The notes: a model not told the origin generated them from the letters alone. Counted from the stretch's first letter, positions 44,887 through 54,483 are shown. The stretch is 64,000 bases of DNA from Bacilli bacterium (GCA_017397685.1 JAFQID010000026.1:153-64152); one strand, 5' to 3'. Translations and numbers: made by a program.

Positions 44887-45207
44887 ATGGATATAGAATT
44901 AGTAAAACAAATTATAATAGTTGCTATTGCTTCAAGTATCATAAGTACGGCAATAGTTCAAAAAGTTAAAGAACAATTAAAGAGCAAAAAATGGCTCTTT
45001 TTTGTTGGTTTGGTGGTTAGTATAGGAATAGGTATAGCTTTTGCTTCAAGTTTCTCAGAACTATCGCTATTGAGTTCAGTATGGGTAGGAATAGTGTCTT
45101 GGATAGGAGCTGATGCAATTTATAAAGCGTTTGAAGATAAGATATTTAAATCTTTTTCTAATATAGACAATGCTAAAACTATTGTAATAGAAAGAGATGA
45201 TGAATAA
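44887..45207 (+). CDS. holin (putative, 3 TM)
   Basis: 106 aa. Three hydrophobic helices and a charged C-terminus. Immediately upstream of and abutting the endolysin. Confidence 0.65.
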   Translation: MDIELVKQIIIVAIASSIISTAIVQKVKEQLKSKKWLFFVGLVVSIGIGIAFASSFSELSLLSSVWVGIVSWIGADAIYKAFEDKIFKSFSNIDNAKTIVIERDDE

Positions 45208-46055
45208 TGGCAACATATAAAGCATTAACCGAAGAAAATTGTAAGGATTTTAAAAACTTTAAATATAGTGAGTTTAAGTGTAAGTGCAAAGGAAAATATT
45301 GTAAAGGATATCCTGTACCATTTAGTTATCAATTAGCATCGCATTTGCAAAAAATACGAGATAATTTCAAAAAGCCAGTAATAATAACGAGCCCTTTAAG
45401 ATGTAAACAACATAATAAAAACTCTGGAGGAACTTCAAATTCACCACACATGAAAGGATGGGCAGTAGATTTTTATATAAATGGAGTTTCATATGATAAA
45501 TTATATTCATATGTTAAAAAACTTCCATATTACAGTTATGCTTATCGTGTAAAGAAAAATCAAAATGTGATACATTACTCGATTACTCCACCAAGTGAAA
45601 TACAGGTTGTTTCTACAGTTAAAAGAGATGAGTTTAAAAATCAGTTAAAAGTATTAGCTGATGAACTTAGAGTAAGAACTGGTGCTAGTACGAATGCATC
45701 TATTGTAGGGGTTGCGAAGAAAAATTGTATTTATAATTATTTTGAAACAAAAAAAGATAGTAAATATACATGGTATAGAATAGCCGATAAGCAATGGGTA
45801 GCAAATAATGGAAAGTATCTCACAGTGTATTCAAAAACGGAAGGAGAAGATGAAAAAGTGATAGCGGAACTTCAAAAACAAGTTCAAGAATTAACTGATA
45901 AAAATGTTTTGTTAGAAAAAACAAATCAAGAACTTCAAACTCAAATAAAAGAAAAAGAAACAAATGAATATAAAAGTATTTATAAATGTGCAGAAGATGG
46001 AGACTACAATATTAAAATTAAAATGTATAAAGATGAAGAATTATATATAAAATAA
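45207..46055 (+). CDS. endolysin: M15A-type zinc peptidase + SH3b-like domain + C-terminal coiled coil
   Basis: SPLRCKQHNKNSGGTSNSPHMKGWAVDF is the Peptidase_M15A pattern. LRVRTGASTNASIVGVAKKN...YTWYRIADKQWV is SH3b-like. ELQKQVQELTDKNVLLEKTNQELQTQIKEKE is the coiled coil. Confidence 0.8.
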   Translation: MATYKALTEENCKDFKNFKYSEFKCKCKGKYCKGYPVPFSYQLASHLQKIRDNFKKPVIITSPLRCKQHNKNSGGTSNSPHMKGWAVDFYINGVSYDKLYSYVKKLPYYSYAYRVKKNQNVIHYSITPPSEIQVVSTVKRDEFKNQLKVLADELRVRTGASTNASIVGVAKKNCIYNYFETKKDSKYTWYRIADKQWVANNGKYLTVYSKTEGEDEKVIAELQKQVQELTDKNVLLEKTNQELQTQIKEKETNEYKSIYKCAEDGDYNIKIKMYKDEELYIK

Positions 46056-46078
46056 GGACAAAAAGATGTTATAATATA

Positions 46079-46122
46079 AAAGAACTAATGGTGAGGTTAT
46101 CAACTATTAGTTCTTTTTTTTT
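46079..46122. terminator. bidirectional intrinsic terminator between the endolysin and the convergent HNH gene
   Basis: AGAACTAAT (46081-46089) pairs with ATTAGTTCT (46106-46114), followed by T9. Confidence 0.7.
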
Positions 46123-46444
46123 ATTTCTTATAATATAAATCTTCTTCATTCCAATAGTCATATTGACTTTGAAGATACTCTTTAATAATCTTACCAATTT
46201 GTTCTCTTTCTTCTTTTGTACCAAAATCATACGTCCTATGACATTTATTAGGCGTTAGTTCAGTACATAAAGTTACCACATTTTCTTCAATACCTTTACC
46301 TCCTTTAGCACGGCTTATATAATGTGCATTTGGCATAACATTTTGGTTATAACCACATACAATACAACAATGATTATCTCGCTCCCATACTTTGTTTTTA
46401 ACAGACTGTGGAATATCTGTTGCTTTACTTCTTTTTGTTTTCAT
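46121..46444 (-). CDS. small HNH-family nuclease, accessory gene at the prophage right end
   Basis: 107 aa. VWERDNHCCIVCGYNQNVMPNAHYISRAKGGKGIEENVVTLCTELTPNKCHR (Cys4/HNH-like). Confidence 0.65.
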   Translation of the reverse strand: MKTKRSKATDIPQSVKNKVWERDNHCCIVCGYNQNVMPNAHYISRAKGGKGIEENVVTLCTELTPNKCHRTYDFGTKEEREQIGKIIKEYLQSQYDYWNEEDLYYKK

Positions 46445-46473
46445 TTTTACCTCTTATTTACCTCTTATTTTTC
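46445..46473 (+). repeat. 29-bp direct repeat, right copy; candidate integrase arm-type site
   Basis: Identical to 6819-6847. Lies 98 bp from the right att core. Confidence 0.55.
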
Positions 46474-46570
46474 CAAAATCTAATATTTTGAAAGTGGTTA
46501 TATAAGAGTAGAAATGCCTTATTTAGTGGGGAAATCACATTTAAAATTGTTTAAAACAACATATCCTTAG

Positions 46571-46595
46571 TCCCGACATGGTGTCCCATTAGTGA
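46571..46595 (+). repeat. att core, right copy
   Basis: Identical to 6752-6776. Confidence 0.9.
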
Positions 46596-46599
46596 TAAT

Positions 46600-46622
46600 A
46601 AACCCTTTTTAGGGTTTTTTGT
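46600..46622. terminator. original chromosomal terminator of tRNA-His (also serves the convergent ligD-like gene)
   Basis: AAACCCT-tttt-AGGGTTT followed by a T run. Confidence 0.65.
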
Positions 46623-46637
46623 TTGTTTTAAATTATA

Positions 46638-48029
46638 TTATTCATATAAATCTATCCATGGATCTTTTCTTTTTAATCTTTTTATTGCTTCTTCAATTGT
46701 TATTTGATTAGGGGCTATTTTATCTAGTTCACTCCATTTTATTGGCATAGATACTGAACATTTTTCTTTTAATCTTATAGAGTATGGCGCTACACTTGTT
46801 GCTCCTTTTGTATTTCTTATCCAATCAATAAATATTTTGTCTTTTCTTTTTTCTTTTCTAATATTACTAGTATATTTATCAGGCCATCTTTGTTCCATTA
46901 ATTTAGCAATATTTTTTGCAATTTTTTGAAATTCTTTCCAGTCAACATTATTTATTTTTACTATTATGTGATATCCTTTTCCACCACTTGTTTTTAAGTA
47001 TGATTTTAATGAAAAACTATCTAGAATACTTTTTAAGTCTTTTACACCTTCTCTTATTTTTTTTAAATTCATTTTTTCATCTGGATCAAGATCAAATACC
47101 ATCATATCTGGTTTTTCTAATTTTTTTGCTTTACTTCCCCATATGTGGAATTCAAAACTATTCATTTGAACTTCTGAGATTAATCCTGATTCATTTTTTA
47201 TATAATAGTAGTCATTTCTTATATTTTTGCTTTTTGTTAGATTTATTTTGCCAATGCCTTTATTTTTTGTATCAAAATGTTTTTTGAAGAACTTTTCTTT
47301 TTTAATTCCAGAAGGGCATCTTATTGTACTTATTATTCTTTCTTCTATGAGGGGTAGCATTCTTGATGCAACTTTTTGATAATATTTTACTATATCAATT
47401 TTTGTAATTTTTGGATTATCATATATTATTTTATTCGGATTAGATATTTTTATTTCATTTATTATATTTGTATCTTTTTGTGATTTTATATTATTTTTTA
47501 TTTCATTCATTGTTAATCCACTTTTAATGCTTGTTTTAATGTTTTTGATATTTTTATATCCTTTTATATTATCTTTTTCTTTTATGAGTAACCAATTATT
47601 ATCTTTAAAATGGATTAAAGACCAAGCTCCTTTTAATCTTTTTCCTTTTAAAATAAATTTTATGGTACCGTTATTGAAGTTTGGTTTTGATGTATTTGTA
47701 GGTTGCCAGTAACCTTTATCCCAAATCATTACTGTTCCAGCACCATATTCTCCTTTTGGAATATTTCCTTCAAAATTTTTATAGCTTAAGGGATGATCTT
47801 CAACTTTTACAGCTAGTCTTTTATCATTAGTGTTATATGATGGTCCTTTTGGTATTGCCCAACTTTTTAATGTACCATTATATTCTAATCTTAAATCATA
47901 ATGGTCTTTTGTTGCGATGTGATGTTGAACTACGAATAAAAGTTTTTTTGATGGTTTTTCTTTTATACCTATGGGTTCTTTTGTTATATTAAAATTTCTT
48001 TTTTTATTATATTCTTTTAAATTATTCAT
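46638..48029 (-). CDS. LigD-like protein: 3'-phosphoesterase domain + primase-polymerase domain, no ligase domain
   Basis: 463 aa. The N-terminus FVVQHHIATKDHYDLRLEYNGTLKSWAIPKGPS...EGNIPKGEYGAGTVMIWDKG is LigD-PE. The C-terminus FDLDPDE...LKTSGGKGYHIIV...DWIRNTKGATSVAPYSIR is LigD-Pol. Confidence 0.8.
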   Translation of the reverse strand: MNNLKEYNKKRNFNITKEPIGIKEKPSKKLLFVVQHHIATKDHYDLRLEYNGTLKSWAIPKGPSYNTNDKRLAVKVEDHPLSYKNFEGNIPKGEYGAGTVMIWDKGYWQPTNTSKPNFNNGTIKFILKGKRLKGAWSLIHFKDNNWLLIKEKDNIKGYKNIKNIKTSIKSGLTMNEIKNNIKSQKDTNIINEIKISNPNKIIYDNPKITKIDIVKYYQKVASRMLPLIEERIISTIRCPSGIKKEKFFKKHFDTKNKGIGKINLTKSKNIRNDYYYIKNESGLISEVQMNSFEFHIWGSKAKKLEKPDMMVFDLDPDEKMNLKKIREGVKDLKSILDSFSLKSYLKTSGGKGYHIIVKINNVDWKEFQKIAKNIAKLMEQRWPDKYTSNIRKEKRKDKIFIDWIRNTKGATSVAPYSIRLKEKCSVSMPIKWSELDKIAPNQITIEEAIKRLKRKDPWIDLYE

Positions 48030-48163
48030 ATTTTATTCCTCTAATATTAGTTTGTTTATTATGTAATGAATTATACTTTTGTGAAATTTAATTGATATTA
48101 AGTTTTTTTGTTAAATAAATAATTATATTTTGATATAATATTTTTATTATGATAGAGGTTAGT

Positions 48164-48838
48164 ATGAATAGGATAAAATTAAAAGATAGAGTTCTACCTA
48201 AATATAGTAGGGGAGAAGAAATTGCTAATATGGTTAGTCATATTGTTGGTGGTGCTATTGGAATTGTGGCGCTTGTTTTATGTGTGGTTTTTGCGGCAAT
48301 TAATGATAATACTTATGGAGTTGTTAGTGGTAGTATTTTTGGTGCTTGTATGATTTTGCTTTATACTATTTCTAGTATATATCATGGTCTTAGGCCTGAT
48401 CTTAGTGCTAAAAAAGTTTTTCAAGTGCTCGATCACTGTGCTATATATCTTTTGATTGCTGGAACGTATACACCAATTGTTTTGTGTGCGGTTAGGGAAT
48501 ATAATGCATTACTTGGATGGAGTATGTTTGGAGTTATTTGGGGACTTGCGATTATAGGTATTGTATTTAATTCTATTGATTTGAAAAAATTTAAAAAGTT
48601 TTCTATGATAAGTTATATTGCAATGGGATGGTGTACGATTATTCTTGCGGATAAAATGATTGAGTTGTTAACCAAAAATGGTACTATTTTACTTATTGCT
48701 GGTGGTGTATTTTATACTATTGGGGCTATATTATATGGTATAGGTTCTAAAAGAAAATATTTTCATAGTGTTTTTCATATTTTTGTTATATTTGGTAGCT
48801 TATGTCATTTTTTATGTATTTTATTTTATGTGATGTAA
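48164..48838 (+). CDS. hemolysin-III / PAQR family membrane protein
   Basis: 7-TM pattern with EEIANMVSH..., YHGL, LDHCAIYLLIAGTYTP, and HSVFHIFV near the C-terminus. An alternative start lies at 48149. Confidence 0.8.
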   Translation: MNRIKLKDRVLPKYSRGEEIANMVSHIVGGAIGIVALVLCVVFAAINDNTYGVVSGSIFGACMILLYTISSIYHGLRPDLSAKKVFQVLDHCAIYLLIAGTYTPIVLCAVREYNALLGWSMFGVIWGLAIIGIVFNSIDLKKFKKFSMISYIAMGWCTIILADKMIELLTKNGTILLIAGGVFYTIGAILYGIGSKRKYFHSVFHIFVIFGSLCHFLCILFYVM

Positions 48839-48962
48839 AAAGCATAAAAGTGAAATTATTATGAACTTGATTGACTTTGTTTGTTTATAAAATTATAATT
48901 GTATTTGTCTATAAAGATGAATACTATTTCTTTTTGAAAATATATTTATTTGGAGGTTAATT

Positions 48963-50717
48963 ATGTTTAAGTTAATAAGAAAGTTAAATAAAAAAGATTG
49001 TTTATACGCTTTTATATGTTTAATATTTGTTTCTATTCAGGTTTGGCTTGATTTAAAACTTCCTGATTATATGACTAATATTACTAATTTGCTTACTACT
49101 AGTGGTTTAGTTAAAGATATATTAGAGCAAGGTTTTTATATGCTTTTATGTGCTTTTTTTAGTTTGGTTAGTGCTTTTATTACTGGTTATTTTGCATCTT
49201 ATTTATCGGCTAGTTTTTCAAAAAGGCTTAGAAGTGATGTTTATGATAAAATAATGGATTTTAATATGGAGGAAATTAAGTCGTTTTCTACTAGTAGTTT
49301 AATTACAAGGACTACTAATGATGTTGCTCAAGTGCAAATGTTTTTGTCTATGGGACTTCAAGTAATGATTAAGGCACCTATACTTGCTGTTTGGGCTATC
49401 TTAAAAATATTAGGTAAGGGATGGCAATGGTCTTTGATAACTTTTGGTGCGGTTATTCTTTTATTTATCACTATTTTGATTGTTGTTTTATTTGCACTTC
49501 CTAAGTTTAAGATTATTCAAAAGCTTACTGATAATTTAAATAGGATAACTAGAGAGTCTTTGACAGGAATAAGGGTTATTAGGGCTTTTAATGCTGATGA
49601 TTATCAAGAGGAAAAGTTTGAAAAAGCAAATGATAAGCTTTCTAAAACGCATTTATTTACTGGAAGAATTATGTCAATTATGAATCCTGTTATGAGTCTT
49701 GTTATGTCGGGATTAAGTTTAGCAATATATTTTGTTGGGGCAATTTTAATTAATAATGCTGATATTTCTATTAAGTTTGATTTATTTAGTAATATGGTTG
49801 TTTTTGTTTCGTATGCGATGCAGGTTGTGATGGCGTTTATGATGCTTACAATGATATTTATTATTTATCCAAGGGCTAGTGTTTCGGCTGATAGAATACT
49901 TGAGGTTTTAAATTGTAATCCTAAAGTGAAAGATGGAAAGTTTGATGGAGAGACTAAACTAAAAGGAGCATTAGAGTTTAAAAATGTTAGTTTTAAATAT
50001 CCGGATGCTGATGAGTATGTTATAAAGAATGTGAGTTTTAAAGTTAAAAGTGGTGAAACTATTGCTTTTGTTGGCTTAACTGGTAGTGGTAAGAGTACTC
50101 TTATTAATTTAATTCCAAGATTTTATGATGTAACTGATGGTGAGATTTTAATTGATGGAGTTAATGTAAAAGATTATAAGCTAGAATGTTTATATAATAA
50201 AATTGGTTATGCTCCTCAAAAAGCTTCTCTTTTTAGTGGAACTATTAAAAGTAATATAGCTTTTGGAGAAGGTAATGTTATTTTTGATAATAATATAACT
50301 ATAGAAGCGATTAGGGTAGCACAAGGTGAAGAGTTTGTAGAGGCTCTACCAAATAAATATGATTCTAGAGTTGCTCAGGGTGGTAGTAATTTTTCTGGTG
50401 GTCAAAAGCAAAGATTATCTATTGCTAGAGCTATTGCGAGAAATCCTGAAATATTTATTTTTGATGATAGTTTTTCTGCGCTTGATTATAAGACAGATTT
50501 AAATCTTAGAAAGGCATTAAATGAGTATACTTCTAATTCTACTTGTGTTATTGTTGCACAAAGGATAGGAACTATTATGAATGCTGATAAAATAGTTGTA
50601 ATTGATAATGGTGAGGTTAAGATGATAGGCAGTCATAAGGAATTATTAAAAAAATGTGATATTTATAGAGAAATTGCTTATTCACAGCTTTCTAAGGAGG
50701 AACTTGAGAATGCATAA
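48963..50717 (+). CDS. ABC exporter, fused permease/ATPase (heterodimer partner 1)
   Basis: 584 aa. 6-TM domain. Walker A GLTGSGKST, signature FSGGQKQR, Walker B IFIFDDSFSALD. Confidence 0.88.
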   Translation: MFKLIRKLNKKDCLYAFICLIFVSIQVWLDLKLPDYMTNITNLLTTSGLVKDILEQGFYMLLCAFFSLVSAFITGYFASYLSASFSKRLRSDVYDKIMDFNMEEIKSFSTSSLITRTTNDVAQVQMFLSMGLQVMIKAPILAVWAILKILGKGWQWSLITFGAVILLFITILIVVLFALPKFKIIQKLTDNLNRITRESLTGIRVIRAFNADDYQEEKFEKANDKLSKTHLFTGRIMSIMNPVMSLVMSGLSLAIYFVGAILINNADISIKFDLFSNMVVFVSYAMQVVMAFMMLTMIFIIYPRASVSADRILEVLNCNPKVKDGKFDGETKLKGALEFKNVSFKYPDADEYVIKNVSFKVKSGETIAFVGLTGSGKSTLINLIPRFYDVTDGEILIDGVNVKDYKLECLYNKIGYAPQKASLFSGTIKSNIAFGEGNVIFDNNITIEAIRVAQGEEFVEALPNKYDSRVAQGGSNFSGGQKQRLSIARAIARNPEIFIFDDSFSALDYKTDLNLRKALNEYTSNSTCVIVAQRIGTIMNADKIVVIDNGEVKMIGSHKELLKKCDIYREIAYSQLSKEELENA

Positions 50718-52488
50718 TAGAAATAGAAAAAATGAAAAGGCTAAGGATTTTAAAAAATCTATTATAAATTTATTTAATTATTGTAAAAGTTATAAGGTAC
50801 TTTTAATTGTTGCTTTTAGTTTATCTATTATTTCTTCAATATTTTCTATAATTGGTCCTGATAAACTTAAAGATATGACTAATGTTATTATCGAAGGCGT
50901 TATTACTGGAATAAATATGGATAAAGTAAAGGAAATTGCTTTGTTTTTGTTATTTATTTATTTAATAGGTGCATTTTGTGGTTATTTTCAAGGATTTATT
51001 ATGGTAGGTGTTACTCAAAAGGTTACTAAAAGACTTAGAAATGATATATCTATTAAAATTAATAAGCTTCCACTTAAATATTTCGATACTACTAGTTATG
51101 GAGATATTTTGTCAAGGGTAGTTAATGATGTGGATACTATTGGTCAAACTATGAGACAAAGTATATCTGGTTTTATTAGTAATGTTACTTTATTAGTTGG
51201 CTGTATTATTATGATGTTTTATACTAACTTTATTATGGCTATTACTGCGATTATAAGTTCTTTAATTGGTTTTTGTTTTATGATATTTATTTTAGGTAAA
51301 AGTCAAAAATATTTTGTTAATATTCAAAAAAGTGTTGGAGATCTTAATGGTCATATTGAAGAAATTTATTCTAATCAAAGTGTTGTAAGAGTATATAATG
51401 CTGTAGATAGTTCTAAGAAGGATTTTAATAGAATTAATAATGAACTTTTTGAAGCGGTTAGAAAAGGACAATTTTTATCTGGTCTTATGATGCCTATTAT
51501 GAACTTTGTAGGTAATTTTGGTTATGTTGCGGTATGTGTTGTAGGAGCAATTTTAGTGATTAATACTAATATGGATTTTGGTGTTATTGTTGCGTTTATG
51601 CTTTATGTTAGATTATTTACAGGTCCGCTTAATCAAATAGCGCAGAGTATGAATAGTATTCAATCTGCGGCTGCGGCGGGAGAGAGAGTATTTGAGTTTT
51701 TAGAAGAGGAAGAACTTGCAAGTGAAGATAATATTACTGAAAGATTACTTAGAAAAGATGCTAGGGGTAATATAATTTTTGATAATGTTAAGTTTGGTTA
51801 TAATGATGATAAATTAGTAATAAAAGGATTTAGTGCGAGTATTAAATCTGGTAATAAGGTAGCGATTGTTGGGCCAACTGGTTCTGGAAAAACTACTATG
51901 GTTAATCTTCTTATGAAGTTTTATGATATTAAGTCTGGAGATATTATTATAGATGGAAAATCTATTAAGAGTTTATCAAGAGAAAATGTTCATGATTTAT
52001 TTTGTATGGTTCTTCAAGATACTTGGGTATTTAATGGAACTGTAAAAGAAAATATCAAATATAATAATGAACAAATTTCAGATGAAGAGGTTGTTAATGC
52101 TTGCAGAGTAGTGGGTCTTGATCATTTTATAAGAACTTTACCTAATAATTATGATACGGTTATTAATGATAATGAAAGTATATCAGCTGGTCAAAAGCAA
52201 TTATTAACTATAGCAAGAGCATCTCTTGAAGATTGTCCATTTTTAATACTTGATGAAGCAACTAGTAATGTTGATACTAGAACTGAGGAATTAGTTCAAA
52301 TTGCGATGGATAAACTTACTGAAGGAAGAACTTCATTTATTATTGCGCATAGGTTATCAACAATTAAAAATGCAGATTTAATTTTGGTTATGAAAGATGG
52401 AAATATTATAGAGCAGGGTAATCATGAAGAATTGATCAAAAAAAATGGGTTTTATGCTGAACTTTATAATTCACAATTTCAAAACTAG
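50710..52488 (+). CDS. ABC exporter, fused permease/ATPase (heterodimer partner 2)
   Basis: Start moved to MHNRNRK, overlapping the partner stop. Walker A GPTGSGKTT, signature ISAGQKQL, Walker B LILDEATSNVD. Confidence 0.88.
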   Translation: MHNRNRKNEKAKDFKKSIINLFNYCKSYKVLLIVAFSLSIISSIFSIIGPDKLKDMTNVIIEGVITGINMDKVKEIALFLLFIYLIGAFCGYFQGFIMVGVTQKVTKRLRNDISIKINKLPLKYFDTTSYGDILSRVVNDVDTIGQTMRQSISGFISNVTLLVGCIIMMFYTNFIMAITAIISSLIGFCFMIFILGKSQKYFVNIQKSVGDLNGHIEEIYSNQSVVRVYNAVDSSKKDFNRINNELFEAVRKGQFLSGLMMPIMNFVGNFGYVAVCVVGAILVINTNMDFGVIVAFMLYVRLFTGPLNQIAQSMNSIQSAAAAGERVFEFLEEEELASEDNITERLLRKDARGNIIFDNVKFGYNDDKLVIKGFSASIKSGNKVAIVGPTGSGKTTMVNLLMKFYDIKSGDIIIDGKSIKSLSRENVHDLFCMVLQDTWVFNGTVKENIKYNNEQISDEEVVNACRVVGLDHFIRTLPNNYDTVINDNESISAGQKQLLTIARASLEDCPFLILDEATSNVDTRTEELVQIAMDKLTEGRTSFIIAHRLSTIKNADLILVMKDGNIIEQGNHEELIKKNGFYAELYNSQFQN

Positions 52489-52543
52489 ATTACAAAACTA
52501 TTATCTATTTGATAGTAGTTTTTGTTTGTTGTATAATTTAAGT

Positions 52544-53224
52544 ATGAGAAATATAATTGATATGTTAAATGATAGTAAAGATGTTGTATATAAAAGTTTT
52601 AACAGTAAACTTATTCCTAATATTGATAAGGACGGGATTATTGGAGTAAGGGTTCCTGATATTAGAAAGATTGCTAAAAAAGTTAATAATTTAGGAATTG
52701 GTGATGAGTTTTTGAATGATTTACCTCATAGTTTTTTTGAGGAAAATATGGTTCATGCGATTTTGTTAAATGATTTACATGATATTGAAACTTTAATTAA
52801 TTATCTTGATAAGTTTTTGCCTTTTGTTGATAACTGGGCTGTATGCGATATTATTAAGCCGAGGATTTTTAAAAAGTATCCTGATAAAGTTTTTGATAAG
52901 ATTAATGAGTGGGTTAATAGTAAGAATGAATATACTGTTAGATTTGGAGTTGTTTGTTTGCTTAATTTTTTTCTTGATGATTTGTTTACTGATAAAATTA
53001 ATGATATAGTTGTTAATATTCATAGAGAAGAGTATTATATTAATATGGCTATTGCTTGGTATTTTAGTTATGCTTTAATTAAACAATATGAAAGTACAAT
53101 TAAGATATTTGAAAATAGGGTTTTAGATAAATGGGTGCATAATAAATCTATTACCAAGGCTATTGAAAGTTATAGGGTTAGTGAAGAAGTCAAAAATTAT
53201 TTAAAAGGTTTAAGGATTAAGTAG
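52544..53224 (+). CDS. DNA alkylation repair protein (AlkD/AlkC-like HEAT-repeat family)
   Basis: Start moved to MRNIIDML. GVRVPDIRKIAKK...VDNWAVCD...VRFGVVCLL...INMAIAWYFSYALIK fits the family pattern. Confidence 0.7.
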   Translation: MRNIIDMLNDSKDVVYKSFNSKLIPNIDKDGIIGVRVPDIRKIAKKVNNLGIGDEFLNDLPHSFFEENMVHAILLNDLHDIETLINYLDKFLPFVDNWAVCDIIKPRIFKKYPDKVFDKINEWVNSKNEYTVRFGVVCLLNFFLDDLFTDKINDIVVNIHREEYYINMAIAWYFSYALIKQYESTIKIFENRVLDKWVHNKSITKAIESYRVSEEVKNYLKGLRIK

Positions 53225-53232
53225 GTGAAGTG

Positions 53233-53895
53233 ATGATTTATAGAAGTATTGAAGAAATGAAAGAAAAGAATAAAGACAATAGAAATGATGTTAGAAATGA
53301 ATATAATGTTTCTAGAGAAAAAGATAATAAAAAATTTAGAAGAATATTTTTCGGAGTTATTTTTTCTTTGTTATTTTTTATAGTTTTTGTGAAGATATTT
53401 TTTGGCGAGATTCTTATACCTTATGGTGTAACTTTTAATGGAAGTAAGTTATATAAAGTGTATGTTAATGATTCTCATATAACTGTAGGTTATGAAAGTA
53501 AGCATAAAATTCCAATTATTCCATTTAGTTTATTTTTACAAACTAGTGATTTTGGCAGTTATTTTGGTTCTAATTATGGTTCTAATGATGTAGAGATATA
53601 TTTAGGGGATAAGTTTGTTTTAGATGTTCAAGCTTATGAGTGTTTTGCTAAAGTGAAGGATGTTAAAAAAATGAAAGTTAAGTGTTCTTCTGATGTAAGG
53701 ATTCTTGAAGAAGTAGATGGTAATTATGATTTAGAAATTATTAAGCTTGATAAAAAAAATGTATATAAATATTCTAATGATTTTAAAAATGATATAGGTG
53801 AGTATTTTGATGAGAAGGGGCGTTATGTTGTTTATATAAATGATAGAAATAGACGTACTCATACTCAGGTATATTTTTATGTTGATGTTGTTTGA
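53233..53895 (+). CDS. single-pass membrane protein, function unknown
   Basis: One TM helix (IFFGVIFSLLFFIVFVKIFF). Beta-rich ectodomain containing VNDSHITVGY. Confidence 0.55.
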   Translation: MIYRSIEEMKEKNKDNRNDVRNEYNVSREKDNKKFRRIFFGVIFSLLFFIVFVKIFFGEILIPYGVTFNGSKLYKVYVNDSHITVGYESKHKIPIIPFSLFLQTSDFGSYFGSNYGSNDVEIYLGDKFVLDVQAYECFAKVKDVKKMKVKCSSDVRILEEVDGNYDLEIIKLDKKNVYKYSNDFKNDIGEYFDEKGRYVVYINDRNRRTHTQVYFYVDVV

Positions 53896-53933
53896 TTGTT
53901 GATAAGTTTGTGGTTATTAACAATGGAAAGGTT

Positions 53934-54446
53934 ATGATGGGAAATAAAATAAGAGATTTTTTTGATTATATTTGTAATTTTGAATATGGTTGGCAAGATA
54001 AATACGGAAATATGCATGATAGAATAGATAAAAGTTATTATGATATTTTTGTGTTTAGAAGTGTTTTTGATGTTAAAAAAAGTAATGTTGGGGTTTGCTG
54101 GGAAATAGTAGAGATTGAAAGAGAGTTTTTTAATAATAATGATATAAATCATAAAATTATATTTGTTTTATATAATGATATTGGTTATCATAGTCATACG
54201 TTTAGTGTTTATGAGTATATGGGGAAGTATTATTGGTTTGAGGCAGTACTTAAAGATTACAAGGGTATATATGAGTTTAATAGTTTAAATGAACTACTTG
54301 ATAATGTTAAAGATAATTTTAAATATATAAAACTTAGTGAAAAGTATGATAAAAATAAAATAGAGTTTTATGAATATGAAAAGCCTTTGGATATATCTTC
54401 ATGTCAAGATTTTTATGATTATTGTATGAAATCAAAAAGATTATAG
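53934..54446 (+). CDS. hypothetical protein (possible papain-like Cys/His fold; tentative)
   Basis: Start set at the MMGNKIRD ATG (the track start is TTG). GVCWEIVE...YHSHTFSVYE hints at a Cys-His pair. Confidence 0.4.
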   Translation: MMGNKIRDFFDYICNFEYGWQDKYGNMHDRIDKSYYDIFVFRSVFDVKKSNVGVCWEIVEIEREFFNNNDINHKIIFVLYNDIGYHSHTFSVYEYMGKYYWFEAVLKDYKGIYEFNSLNELLDNVKDNFKYIKLSEKYDKNKIEFYEYEKPLDISSCQDFYDYCMKSKRL

Positions 54447-54483
54447 TAGATATTTTATTTTAAATATGTTAAAATATAGTAGA

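Larger units (their letters stand above)
6752..46595. mobile_element. integrated temperate prophage (~39.8 kb), podovirus-like structural module, inserted in the tRNA-His 3' end
   Basis: Bounded by a perfect 25-bp direct repeat. The integrase is adjacent to the tRNA. Complete lysogeny, replication, packaging, head, tail and lysis modules lie between the repeats. Confidence 0.9.

Noticed and set aside
50656-50709. N-terminal extensions of the second ABC gene (50656), the AlkD-like gene (52445), the cro-like gene (9405), the DnaD-like gene (10739) and others.
   Set aside because: The extensions overlap the 3' end of the preceding gene or promoter elements and lack an RBS. Internal ATGs with good RBSs or stop-start overlaps give conserved-looking N-termini.
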